64,000 bases of DNA, taken from NCBI GenBank assembly GCA_964355675.1, contig CAYHEC010000017.1:4310-68309 (forward strand). The letters are read 5' to 3'. The position numbers were made by a program, and so were the translations under genes. Under the pieces are notes generated by a model, which worked only from the letters and a program-made list of their open reading frames with translations, had not been told where the DNA came from and did not search any database. How positions within the stretch are numbered: position 1 is the stretch's first letter; the number at the start of each line of letters is the position of its first letter. Below, piece after piece: positions 1 through 9,309 of the stretch. The DNA is from an uncultured Caldithrix sp. GTDB lineage: Bacteria > Electryoneota > AABM5-125-24 > Hatepunaeales > Hatepunaeaceae.

Positions 1-104
1 ACGATGGCCTTTAAATTCAAGAAGCAGAAATGTGTAGTCACGTTCATCGACGATAATCGTTTCTTCTTCATCACTCCAGGCGGCATTGCATTCATCTTCA
101 GAGT

Positions 105-1256
105 TCATGATTGGAATACTCGTTTTAGTTTGATGGCAAGTGCAGTTAAAGCTAATGATTGCATAGCGTTGGCGTCTATTGCTAATTTAGCCTCTTCGAG
201 TTCGCGCAGAGCTTCGAGGAGTTGTTCGGCGCTGTATCGTTCTGCCATTCTGGCAACGCTTGGTCCACTGTTCGAAATACGAAGGTTCGGCTGTTCGCCA
301 CCTGTTTTGGCGGCGATTGAATTCAGAGCGTCAAGAATCCAAAGGCTGGTGATGTCGAGTCGATCTTTGATCTCAGACCGCGTGGCATCCTCACCAACCC
401 AATTCTCTACCGTTTCGGTGATCTTGGCAACGTTTCCGACTGCCGCTGACCGGAGAAAATCAAGTCCCGCGGTGGTCATTTCATCAGTCTGACTATCAAG
501 AAGCTCCATAGCATGGGTGAAACTGCCATTGGCGAGTGAGGCGATAGTCCCTGCACGGTCTGCATTCACCCCGTTTCGGGCAATCAACGCACTGGCAATT
601 GTTTCCCGAGGCAGAGGTGAAAAGCGCACCTGCTGACAGCGGGACAAAATTGTTGGCAGGACATTGCGCGGGCTATCGGCTGTCAAAAGTAATAAACATC
701 TTTCCGGAGGTTCCTCAAGTAGTTTCAAGAGGGCATTCGCTGATTGTTCATTCATAGTCTCAGCCGGATGAATAAATAAAATCCGCATTCCAGAATTGTC
801 TGGAGCAAATGATATCTTGTCGCGGGCTTCGCGTATATGATCGATTAGGATTTGTCCGGTTCCTGTAAATCGTAGCGGAGAATAAGAACTAAGCCCTAAA
901 TTGGAAAGAATTTCATTATGTGCCGCATCACTCGCTACACCTTCGTCTTTGAGGTCCTTTTTGAGTGAAGGCAGAGGAAATACCGTCAAAAGATTAGGAT
1001 GATGCCATTTCAGCATGGAAACGCAGGAATGACATTGACAGCCGAGTGAGGCGATTTCTACCCCTTTCGGGCAGTTTAAGACTCGTGCCAGTTCTATGGC
1101 AAGGGCGCGTTTGCCGGTTCCTTCGGGACCAACGAATAGGTAAGCATGGGCAAGACGTCCGGACTTGAGTACCCGCATCAACAGATCGCGCGGTTCGATT
1201 TGCCCTATCACAGAAGGGAATGGCTGGTTTTCGAGATTGGTCAATGCTTCAACCAT
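105..1256 (-). CDS. holB: DNA polymerase III delta-prime subunit (AAA+ clamp-loader)
   Basis: Walker A GPEGTGKRA, clamp-loader-like layout, C4 zinc module CQCHSC; 383 aa. Confidence 0.8.
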   Translation of the reverse strand: MVEALTNLENQPFPSVIGQIEPRDLLMRVLKSGRLAHAYLFVGPEGTGKRALAIELARVLNCPKGVEIASLGCQCHSCVSMLKWHHPNLLTVFPLPSLKKDLKDEGVASDAAHNEILSNLGLSSYSPLRFTGTGQILIDHIREARDKISFAPDNSGMRILFIHPAETMNEQSANALLKLLEEPPERCLLLLTADSPRNVLPTILSRCQQVRFSPLPRETIASALIARNGVNADRAGTIASLANGSFTHAMELLDSQTDEMTTAGLDFLRSAAVGNVAKITETVENWVGEDATRSEIKDRLDITSLWILDALNSIAAKTGGEQPNLRISNSGPSVARMAERYSAEQLLEALRELEEAKLAIDANAMQSLALTALAIKLKRVFQS

Positions 1257-2494
1257 TTCAGCGGATCCTGTTTTTCGCGCTTCGACCAGACTTCAAAATG
1301 AAATTCACTCGCGCTCCCCGCATCAGCAACAAGGCCGAGCGGCTGTCCGGATCTGACTATTTGCCCTTCACCGGGGAAGACTTGCTCAAGTTTTGAGTAC
1401 ACCGTATAGTAACCTTGCCCGTGGGAGATGATAATGGTATTACTAAATCCTCTTAGCCAGGCAACTCTGGTTACCTGGCCGCTTGCGGCGGCATAAACCT
1501 GTTCGCCCGGATGCGCCTTAAAATCGACGCCGGGATTTATCGTAGTAGTGCCAAGCTTTGGATGGCGTGTTGGTCCAAACGGCTGTGCAACTGAAAGATT
1601 CTTCAGTGGTGGCGTCAGTCTTCCTGTGAGTTCACTAAAGGGTGTATCCGGGACAAATCCGGGCATTGCCTTCTTATTGTTTGCCTGTTCCTGGCGTGTA
1701 ATTTCTCGTTCGATTTCTTCGAGTGCCTGGCGACGTTCATCGAGCAATGACCTAAGGAGATTATTGTCATTTTCAATACTTGTGAGAAGCTTAGATTTTT
1801 CCGCTCGTTCAGCAAGTTGGGTCGATTCTTCTTGACGTTTGTCTTTTAAAAGAAGACGATAACGTTCGAGTTCGCTCAATCTTCTTGTCTGATCGCTGGA
1901 AAGATTTTGACGAAGACCTTCGCGCTGTTTTGTTTCTGTCTCTATTATGGCGAGCTGTGAAGCGATTTTTTCGAGGCTTCGTCGATCAAAACCTTCTATA
2001 GAAGCAAAGTACTTTCGGCGGCGAGCCAAATCGTTGAGATCCTGTACACCGGAAAGCAGAGCCAACCTCACACCCGTTATTCTTTTATAGAAATATACCA
2101 TGCGTTTCGACGCTCCAGCACGGAGTTCATCAAGATAGGACTCCGCGACTGAGAGATCGCTGGAAAGGGATTGAAGCTCGGCGCTGACATTTTCGATCTT
2201 CATTCCTAATTGCGCGACCTTCCGATTGGAAATTTCAGCATTACGTTCGAGTTCTATGATCAATCTTCTTCTAAGTTCGATCTTTCGGTCGATGTCTTGG
2301 AGCTGATCGATGGCGCTTCTTTGTCCAGCCTCTCCTTCCTTAATTCGCACTTCGAGATTTTCTATCTCAGCACGCAATTTCCGAGCAACTTGACCTTCGA
2401 CTTCCTCACATGGAGTAGTTATGGCTACGGTAAACAACAGGATAATTGTTGATAATCCTGAAGTCACGGGTTTGTTAAGCCGGTATGATCTCAA
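1241..2494 (-). CDS. M23 family metallopeptidase with N-terminal coiled coil (EnvC-like murein hydrolase activator)
   Basis: Signal/lipobox N-terminus, long heptad-rich coiled coil, C-terminal M23 motifs HPG...HFEV. Confidence 0.8.
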   Translation of the reverse strand: MRSYRLNKPVTSGLSTIILLFTVAITTPCEEVEGQVARKLRAEIENLEVRIKEGEAGQRSAIDQLQDIDRKIELRRRLIIELERNAEISNRKVAQLGMKIENVSAELQSLSSDLSVAESYLDELRAGASKRMVYFYKRITGVRLALLSGVQDLNDLARRRKYFASIEGFDRRSLEKIASQLAIIETETKQREGLRQNLSSDQTRRLSELERYRLLLKDKRQEESTQLAERAEKSKLLTSIENDNNLLRSLLDERRQALEEIEREITRQEQANNKKAMPGFVPDTPFSELTGRLTPPLKNLSVAQPFGPTRHPKLGTTTINPGVDFKAHPGEQVYAAASGQVTRVAWLRGFSNTIIISHGQGYYTVYSKLEQVFPGEGQIVRSGQPLGLVADAGSASEFHFEVWSKREKQDPLKWLKH

Positions 2495-2765
2495 CTAAGT
2501 CTCACTTGGACGGTCGGATCGTCAGGTGTTCCATGTTTGGCATATAACTTTCGGAGCAAGGGATAATTTATCTAACAGCGCTTGATAATAGGTTATCAAC
2601 TAAGTAAAATAGTCACTGCGGAGCAAAGATGCAAATATTCATTCATTATTGTTGGAATTAGCAGATGTCATAATTCCTCCCAAAAGTAATTTAAGTATTC
2701 ATCTTACCTTGACAGTTGAACGCCGAAGGATTATATTTACTGTTTCAATTTCGTTTGGAGTTTTT

Positions 2766-3188
2766 GTGAAAACATTTATACCAAGAGACCACGACATACA
2801 GCCTGAATGGTTGCTCATCGATGCGACAGGCGTACCTCTTGGGAGATTGGCAAGTCGCGTTGCCATATATTTACGCGGCAAACATCGGCCTATTTATACG
2901 CCTCACCTTGATACTGGTGATTTCGTTGTGATCGTAAATGCCGACAAGGTTGGTGTAAGCGGTAACAAATTGGATCAAAAATCTTATTTCCGGCATTCAA
3001 CACATCCAGGCGGCTGGACGATGGTTCCTATGCGCAAAGCGTTGAACGAAAAACCGGAATGGGTGGTGCGTAAGGCGATATGGGGAATGTTGCCTCATAA
3101 TCCGCTTGGTCGCAAAATGATAAAAAAGCTGAAAATATACAGCGGCACGGTTCACCCCCACGCCGCACAGAATCCAAAGACCGTCTGA
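2766..3188 (+). CDS. rplM: 50S ribosomal protein L13
   Basis: VKTFIPRDHDIQPEWLLIDATG...GKHRPIYTPH; the GTG at 2766 fits a conserved L13 N-terminus (the ORF-track start at 2649 is probably too long). Confidence 0.9.
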   Translation: MKTFIPRDHDIQPEWLLIDATGVPLGRLASRVAIYLRGKHRPIYTPHLDTGDFVVIVNADKVGVSGNKLDQKSYFRHSTHPGGWTMVPMRKALNEKPEWVVRKAIWGMLPHNPLGRKMIKKLKIYSGTVHPHAAQNPKTV

Positions 3189-3228
3189 TGACTCAAGGCG
3201 CTTTAAGTCAAGGAAGTGGGAGACAGGT

Positions 3229-3621
3229 TTGAAAGGTGAAAGTTTCTACGCGACCGGACGTCGGAAGACATCTGTTGCGCGAGTCTGGCTGCGACCTGGG
3301 AGTGGTCTGATTCTTGTCAATAAAGTTGACATGACCACATATTTCCACCGCGACAGTCTGACAATGATAATCGAACAGCCGCTTGCAGTTGCAGGTGGCG
3401 CGACCGTCTTTGACGTCGAAGTTTACGTTCATGGCGGTGGGAAAGCGGCTCAGGCCGGGGCGATGCGTTTGGGAATGTCTCGAGCGCTCATCAATTTCAA
3501 TCCCGAACTGAAGTCGGTGTTAAGGCAAGGCGGGTTTTTAACCCGAGATCCTCGTGAAAAAGAACGGAAGAAGTATGGACAACCCGGCGCCCGCAAGCGT
3601 TTCCAATACTCCAAGCGATAG
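3229..3621 (+). CDS. rpsI: 30S ribosomal protein S9
   Basis: YATGRRKTSVARVWL...GARKRFQYSKR, typical S9 ends. Confidence 0.9.
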   Translation: MKGESFYATGRRKTSVARVWLRPGSGLILVNKVDMTTYFHRDSLTMIIEQPLAVAGGATVFDVEVYVHGGGKAAQAGAMRLGMSRALINFNPELKSVLRQGGFLTRDPREKERKKYGQPGARKRFQYSKR

Positions 3622-3628
3622 TCTGAGT

Positions 3629-4819
3629 ATGAGCCAGGCACTCCCGATGAATGTCGGGCCGCGTGTCTCGGTCGATCAGCTACTGCTCGCTGGAGCCCAT
3701 TTCGGACATCTGACTCAACGTTGGAATCCGAAAATGAAGCGCTTTATTTTTATGGCGCGTAACGGTATCTACCTGATTGATCTTCAGAAAACACAGGTCA
3801 TGCTTGAGGCGGCCTGTGCTGCCATTGCCAAAATCGCCGCTACTGGTGAAGAAATTCTTTTCATCGGAACCAAGAAGCAGGCGAGAGATGTTATCGAAAC
3901 GGAAGCGAAGAGAGCTCGCTGCCCTTACATGACTTATCGATGGCTTGGCGGTACTCTGACGAATTATTCAACTATTCGCAAGTCACTCAAAACCTTAGAA
4001 GGTCACGAGAAGATGGGAACGGATGGTACCTACGAAAAGTTGAATAAGAAAGAACAGCTTACAATAGAGAAAGAGAAAGGCAAGCTGAACATGACGCTTG
4101 GTGGCATTCGCGAAATGCGGAGACTGCCGGGAGCGGTGTTTATTGTCGATACCAAACGAGAATCTATTGCAGTAGCCGAAGCACGCAAGCTAAAAATCCC
4201 AATTTTTGCCATCGTTGATACAAATGTAGATCCGGACCTGATCGATCACCCTGTACCGGCTAATGATGACGCCTTCAAATCAATCTGGTTGATCACACAC
4301 GCGATCACAGATGCGATTCTTGAGGGAAAACGTGCGGTGAGAGATGTGGCTCCGTCGTCGATGGATCACGAGGAACGCGATCGAGAACGGGACAATCAAC
4401 GCGGCGACCGAAATCAGCGTCGTCGTCGTCCCGCTGGGACAGGTCCAGGCGGATCAGCTGGTGGTCGCGAGCCTCAACAAGTCGATGGGGTCAGGAATGA
4501 AGGCGGCGACCGGGGGCGGAGCGAACACTCTGATCGTGGTGGCCAGTCCGGCGGTGGTGGTAGTCGGCCCGGTGGCGGCGGTGGTCGTCCAGGTGGCGGT
4601 GGCGGCGGTCGCCCAGGTGGCGGAGGTGGTGGTGGTAGTCGGCCCGGTGGCGGTGGTGGCGGCGGTCGCCCAGGCGGCAGTGGCGGTCGGCCTGCTGGCG
4701 GCGGTGGTAGCCGACCTGCTGGTGCGGGAAATAGTCGGCCGGGAGACAGCGCTAAGACCGGCGGAGAGACAAAGAAAGCTCCTCTCGAAAAAACTGAAAA
4801 GACGGGGTCATCAAATTGA
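3629..4819 (+). CDS. rpsB: 30S ribosomal protein S2 with ~150-aa Gly/Arg/Pro-rich C-terminal low-complexity tail
   Basis: LLAGAHFGHLTQRWNPKMKRFIF... S2 core; tail holds about ten GGGG(S)RPGG repeats; start taken at ATG 3629 (alternative 3647). Confidence 0.85.
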   Translation: MSQALPMNVGPRVSVDQLLLAGAHFGHLTQRWNPKMKRFIFMARNGIYLIDLQKTQVMLEAACAAIAKIAATGEEILFIGTKKQARDVIETEAKRARCPYMTYRWLGGTLTNYSTIRKSLKTLEGHEKMGTDGTYEKLNKKEQLTIEKEKGKLNMTLGGIREMRRLPGAVFIVDTKRESIAVAEARKLKIPIFAIVDTNVDPDLIDHPVPANDDAFKSIWLITHAITDAILEGKRAVRDVAPSSMDHEERDRERDNQRGDRNQRRRRPAGTGPGGSAGGREPQQVDGVRNEGGDRGRSEHSDRGGQSGGGGSRPGGGGGRPGGGGGGRPGGGGGGGSRPGGGGGGGRPGGSGGRPAGGGGSRPAGAGNSRPGDSAKTGGETKKAPLEKTEKTGSSN

Positions 4820-5421
4820 GTACGGTAACAAGCCAAGATGTAGCTACTCTGCGTGAAAAGACCGGCCTTGGAATGATGGATTGCAAACGGGCTCTTGAAG
4901 CGACGAATGGTGATTTTGAGCAAGCCATCGATTATCTTCGTAAAAAAGGTATTTCTAAAGGCGAAGCTCGTTCAGGAAGAACCGCCGGCCAAGGTGTGGT
5001 CGAGTCGTATATCCATCCTGGCGGGAGGATCGGCGTATTGATCGAAGTTTCCTGCGAGACCGATTTCGTTGCGCGAAATGAAGAATTTCTCGCGACGGTG
5101 CGTGATTTGGCGATGCAAGTTGCCGCGGCGGTGCCGACGGTTGCTTTAGCCCTGACCAAAGATGGAATACCGGCAGAAAAGGTTGCAAAGGAACTCGAAA
5201 TTTACAGAGCCCAGATCGAAGCTGAAGGCAAACCTGCGGCTATTGCAGATAAGATTGCTCAAGGAAAACTCGATAAGTTTTATCAGGATGTTTGCTTGCT
5301 GGAACAGCCCTTCATCAAGGATCCGAAAGTCAAGGTAGGGGATGTCGTTCTTATGCTTGCTGGAAAATTGAAGGAAAACATCCGAATTCGCCGTTTTTCC
5401 CGTTTCGCGCTTGGCGAGTAA
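4816..5421 (+). CDS. tsf: Elongation factor Ts
   Basis: LREKTGLGMMDCKRALEATNGDFEQAIDYLRKKG N-terminal UBA-like signature; short-form EF-Ts. Confidence 0.9.
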   Translation: MSTVTSQDVATLREKTGLGMMDCKRALEATNGDFEQAIDYLRKKGISKGEARSGRTAGQGVVESYIHPGGRIGVLIEVSCETDFVARNEEFLATVRDLAMQVAAAVPTVALALTKDGIPAEKVAKELEIYRAQIEAEGKPAAIADKIAQGKLDKFYQDVCLLEQPFIKDPKVKVGDVVLMLAGKLKENIRIRRFSRFALGE

Positions 5422-6150
5422 GTGTCTTCAGAACATAGATATAAACGAGTACTCCTTAAGTTGTCGGGCGATATCTTAAAGGGTCAGGAATCCAACGGGA
5501 TAGATTTTAATGTTGTGGGACGGATCGCCGGTGAAATAAAGGAAGTAATGAATGAGGGGTTGGAGCTTGCCATAGTTGTCGGGGGTGGAAACTTATTTCG
5601 TGGTTCTGAGGCAGAGAAAACCGGGTACGATCGGATCACTGCGGACAGTATGGGTATGTTGTCAACGGTGATCAACGCACTCGCATTACAAAATGCACTT
5701 GAAAAAATTCGAGTAGAAACAAGGGTTCAATCTGCTGTTTCGATTAACGAACTTGTTGAACCTTTTATTCGAAGACGAGCAATCCGGCACATCCTAAAGG
5801 GCCGGGTTGTTATTTTTGCGGCAGGAACAGGCAATCCACTATTCACGACAGATACTGCTGCGGCATTACGCGCCAGTCAGATCGATGCTGAGGTAATTCT
5901 CAAAGGTACCAAAGTCGATGGCATCTTTGACCGAGATCCCAAGTTATATCGTGACGCCATCAAATTTGATGAAGTCACCTATCTCGAAATTATCAAACGT
6001 GGGCTGAAAGTAATGGATATGACTGCCATTACATTTTGCCGCGATTATAAAATTCCTATCGCCGTTTTCAATATTCTCGGTCACGGTAATTTCCGGCACA
6101 TCATTTGCGGAAAACCAATCGGGACACTTGTTACAGAGGGAGAACATTGA
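5422..6150 (+). CDS. pyrH: Uridylate (UMP) kinase
   Basis: KRVLLKLSGDIL...VVGGGNLFRG; GTG start immediately after the tsf stop. Confidence 0.9.
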   Translation: MSSEHRYKRVLLKLSGDILKGQESNGIDFNVVGRIAGEIKEVMNEGLELAIVVGGGNLFRGSEAEKTGYDRITADSMGMLSTVINALALQNALEKIRVETRVQSAVSINELVEPFIRRRAIRHILKGRVVIFAAGTGNPLFTTDTAAALRASQIDAEVILKGTKVDGIFDRDPKLYRDAIKFDEVTYLEIIKRGLKVMDMTAITFCRDYKIPIAVFNILGHGNFRHIICGKPIGTLVTEGEH

Positions 6151-6704
6151 ACTCAGATATTGTCCGGGCAACCAAAGAGAAGATGAATAAATCGGTTGCC
6201 TTTACCCGGGATGAGATGTCGCACATTCGCACCGGAAAAGCTTCGCCGACGTTGCTGGATGTGGTCAAGGTCGATTATTATGGCAATCATGTGCCTTTGA
6301 AACAGATTGCCACGATTACCGCTCCTGAATCAAGACTTCTTTCGATTCAGCCCTTCGATAAAAATTCATTGCACGCCATCGAAAAGGCTATCATGGCGAG
6401 CGATCTGGGATTAACACCTCAAAACGACGGGCGGATCATCAGGTTGCCGATTCCAATTTTAACCGCCAATCGACGGGAGGAATTGGTGAAGGTTGTTCGT
6501 AAATTCGCCGAAGAAGGACGGATCTCGATTCGTAACTTGCGGCGTGACGCAAACGACCATATAAAGAAGATTGAGAAGTCACGCGAGATTTCCGAAGACG
6601 ACAGTAAGATAATGCTCGAACAAATTCAAAAAGATACCGATCACCATATTGCCGAGATTGATCAGCTCCTGAAAACACGGGAAGCCGACATCCGGGACGA
6701 ATAA
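6148..6704 (+). CDS. frr: Ribosome recycling factor
   Basis: HIRTGKASPTLLD...RIIRLPIPILT; start uncertain (TTG 6148 or ATG 6181). Confidence 0.85.
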
Positions 6705-6798
6705 TAAAAAGCAATGAATTTCACAGAGAAAATTCGAATTATCAGGTCAAAGTTCGACTTTCTTAATTGTGAATTCCTAAATAGTTTGGAGGATAATT

Positions 6799-6990
6799 TT
6801 GGCCCTTTACATTAATGAAGACTGTATCAATTGCGGTGCCTGCGAGCCCGAGTGTCCCACAACCTCAATCACTGAAGGTGAAGAAATCTATTTAATCGAT
6901 GCTGTCACCTGCATTGAGTGTGAAGGGCATTTCGATAAGCCGCGCTGTATTGAAGTTTGCCCGGTAGATTGTATTTTTAAAGTCGAATAA
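6799..6990 (+). CDS. 4Fe-4S ferredoxin (small, two-cluster)
   Basis: CINCGACEPECP and CIECEGHFDKPRCIEVCP motifs; 63 aa. Confidence 0.8.
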   Translation: MALYINEDCINCGACEPECPTTSITEGEEIYLIDAVTCIECEGHFDKPRCIEVCPVDCIFKVE

Positions 6991-7038
6991 ATAGCTTCGT
7001 TTTATCGACTTTTCTGAATGGCATGATTGCGAGATAAG

Positions 7039-7084
7039 CCGTCAACCTTAATAGTTTTGACGGCTTATTCTTTTTTGTGGATTT
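7039..7084 (+). terminator. Rho-independent terminator after ferredoxin (GTCAACC-hairpin family)
   Basis: ataagccgtcaacc...ggttgacggcttat stem followed by tctttttt. Confidence 0.7.
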
Positions 7085-7388
7085 GATCGAACGCGTATGC
7101 ATAAAACGAGTCTAATGGTATGGGTGTCAGCTTGTCTCACCGGTCACCATTAAAAACACTTAGCGGTCACGTGAGAGCACGCCGAGAGCACATCAGCTAT
7201 TACGTCCTGCTTTGTCGCACAACTCGATTTGACGACGACTTTAGTCGACGCACAGTAGGGTGAATGTCTCTGTTAGTTTACCGAGACACTGCAATAAATT
7301 TGTTGAAAATTAATAAGGGATTAAACAAGAAGATCGTCCGACCTGGCAGCCGGACGATCTTGTGAGGTAGGCAACCCGCATGAAGAAT

Positions 7389-8930
7389 CTATGGCAGAAA
7401 ATTAACAGATTTAGTCTGAATCGTACCCGGTAACTCGAAGCGAATTAAGTATTCGCCGGCTGGAAATCCCTCGGCAGACCAAACGAGGCGATTATTACCT
7501 GCACCCAATGGTCCGTTCCAAAGAGTGGCGAGTTGGCGGCCATTTACATCGAAGACGAATACGCTTGCCAGCCCGGGTGAGGCAAGGTTGAAAGAAAGCG
7601 TCGTCGAACGATTAAATGGATTTGGGAAAGCATTGACAATATTGTAAGTTATTGGAGCGGTTGCTCTCTCGTTTACAAAGACAGCCGGATTATAGATATG
7701 GGGGATTTTCCCAATATCCGATGGTGTATTGTATTGAGCATCATCACGTATGCTCGGGCTCCCGGCATCGATGCAAGGTGATTTTAATCGTTCGTCAGGG
7801 AAACCCTCCCAATTCAAACGATAGTCGCTACCGCCGATTGTTTCATCATGTGCGACGAATAGCGGATCGGCGTCGATTTCTCGATAGCCACGCCAGTCGC
7901 CTACGTGGTTGACTGAGTGCATATAATAGTCATTATATCCACTTGTCGCCAAATCAATTTGAGATGAATCAGCGCTGACGCCAACGCTCACTCCATTACC
8001 ATACAAAATGTTATTGGTTATTTGTGCGTCAGACGCTTGGTCAACATGAATGCAGATAGCCAAATGACTCGTAGTCATCAACAATAGATTGTTGCTGATA
8101 ATGCTGACGTTAGTCGCGTAGGTGAGCCAAATGTTTCGCATCTCGTATGTTGAACGGACGCGAATAATATTTTTTTCAATAACAATTTTAATTGTATGAA
8201 TTGCGTAAATACCCACAGCGTTGCCGCTTGGGGCAGTAACTTCGATCCAATTGTTTTGGACAAACGGTGTACTTTGATCAATCCACACGCCATAGGCGTT
8301 TCTTGTTTCACCGACCGCCTCAATCAGTTGATTGCCGGTAATCATCGGACTTGAGCCGCTTAGGAGACCAATTGCCCAAACGTCACCGATAATACCGGTT
8401 CCGGAAACGCGGATCAGTTTATTGTTAGATATGATCGGGCTGGATTGGGTGCATTTGATTCCGACTTTTTTCGCATTGATGGAACACGAGCGGATATTAA
8501 GGAACGCATTTAGACATTCGACGCCGATGTAGGCATTCTCAATCGTGCAATTTTCAAGCAGTGAATTTGCATTCGTTTCGGGATAGAAATAGATTCCGCG
8601 CCATTGATTCACACCATAGAAAGTTATCGGTTGGTCGATATCTCCCTGTGCGTGCAGAAGACCATGAACTCCGAACGAGAATTGGCCTTCGAATCGCACG
8701 ATAACTCCGGGATTTATTACAAGCGATTGGTGTTCATCAATGAATATGTTACCAATCACTGAATAAACGGAATCTTCCCATTCACCCGATACCGAGCCTT
8801 GCACGAAGGTTTGGGATTGTGCCGACGGAGCGGACAATACCAGACCACAAGCGAAGAGCGCAAGAAGGCAACTCTTGAGCAATCTACGCTTGAGTGTAGG
8901 CGAGGTAGTTAATAAAAGATGCGATGGCAT
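7389..8930 (-). CDS. Secreted right-handed beta-helix repeat protein with T9SS C-terminal sorting domain
   Basis: Signal peptide; repeated NxxIxxxG beta-helix-like units; C-terminal NPFNRSTTLSFNL...GEYLIRFE por-secretion CTD. Confidence 0.7.
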   Translation of the reverse strand: MPSHLLLTTSPTLKRRLLKSCLLALFACGLVLSAPSAQSQTFVQGSVSGEWEDSVYSVIGNIFIDEHQSLVINPGVIVRFEGQFSFGVHGLLHAQGDIDQPITFYGVNQWRGIYFYPETNANSLLENCTIENAYIGVECLNAFLNIRSCSINAKKVGIKCTQSSPIISNNKLIRVSGTGIIGDVWAIGLLSGSSPMITGNQLIEAVGETRNAYGVWIDQSTPFVQNNWIEVTAPSGNAVGIYAIHTIKIVIEKNIIRVRSTYEMRNIWLTYATNVSIISNNLLLMTTSHLAICIHVDQASDAQITNNILYGNGVSVGVSADSSQIDLATSGYNDYYMHSVNHVGDWRGYREIDADPLFVAHDETIGGSDYRLNWEGFPDERLKSPCIDAGSPSIRDDAQYNTPSDIGKIPHIYNPAVFVNERATAPITYNIVNAFPNPFNRSTTLSFNLASPGLASVFVFDVNGRQLATLWNGPLGAGNNRLVWSAEGFPAGEYLIRFELPGTIQTKSVNFLP

Positions 8931-9309
8931 GGTTAGGCTTTATTAAGTCTTGTTATGACCTATAGATTCGCATCAAAGTAAGCTCGGCAAGAAATTGCGA
9001 CATTGGTTGGAAGATGGTTGATGAGCACACACCATTCTTCGCTTGAACTAAGATAAGCAGGGCGAACCTGAATGTCAAGTGATTTATATCAATAATTTGA
9101 AAATTAATGCATGTATTGCAGATGGAGTGCAAATTCGGCATTATTCCTTGATAATCACTTCAATTCGAAATGGATTAGCTCTACAGTAAAGCCGTAATAA
9201 ACAGAAACCGTCAACCACACAGGGCTGACGGCTTCTGTTTATTAAATCTGAAAATTCACATCGTCAGATCCAAACATTGAACCTACTTGATTGAGGGTAG
9301 CAGTAACGA

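Noticed and set aside
4474-4923. 149-aa proline-rich ORF on the minus strand and 170-aa Ala/Val-rich ORF (4344-4856) on the plus strand
   Set aside because: Both are alternative-frame or antisense readings of the GC-rich GGGGRPGG repeat tract in the rpsB tail. There are no start or RBS signals, and rpsB occupies the locus.
6990-7389. Possible small RNA in the 400-bp gap after the ferredoxin
   Set aside because: Only a terminator hairpin and a second hairpin (7330-7362) are evident. There are no recognisable RNase P, SRP, tmRNA or 6S signatures, and I cannot evaluate further without covariance models.
7652-8532. Several 60-90-aa plus-strand ORFs inside the T9SS beta-helix gene
   Set aside because: They are embedded antisense in a long, well-supported minus-strand CDS and have no independent signals.
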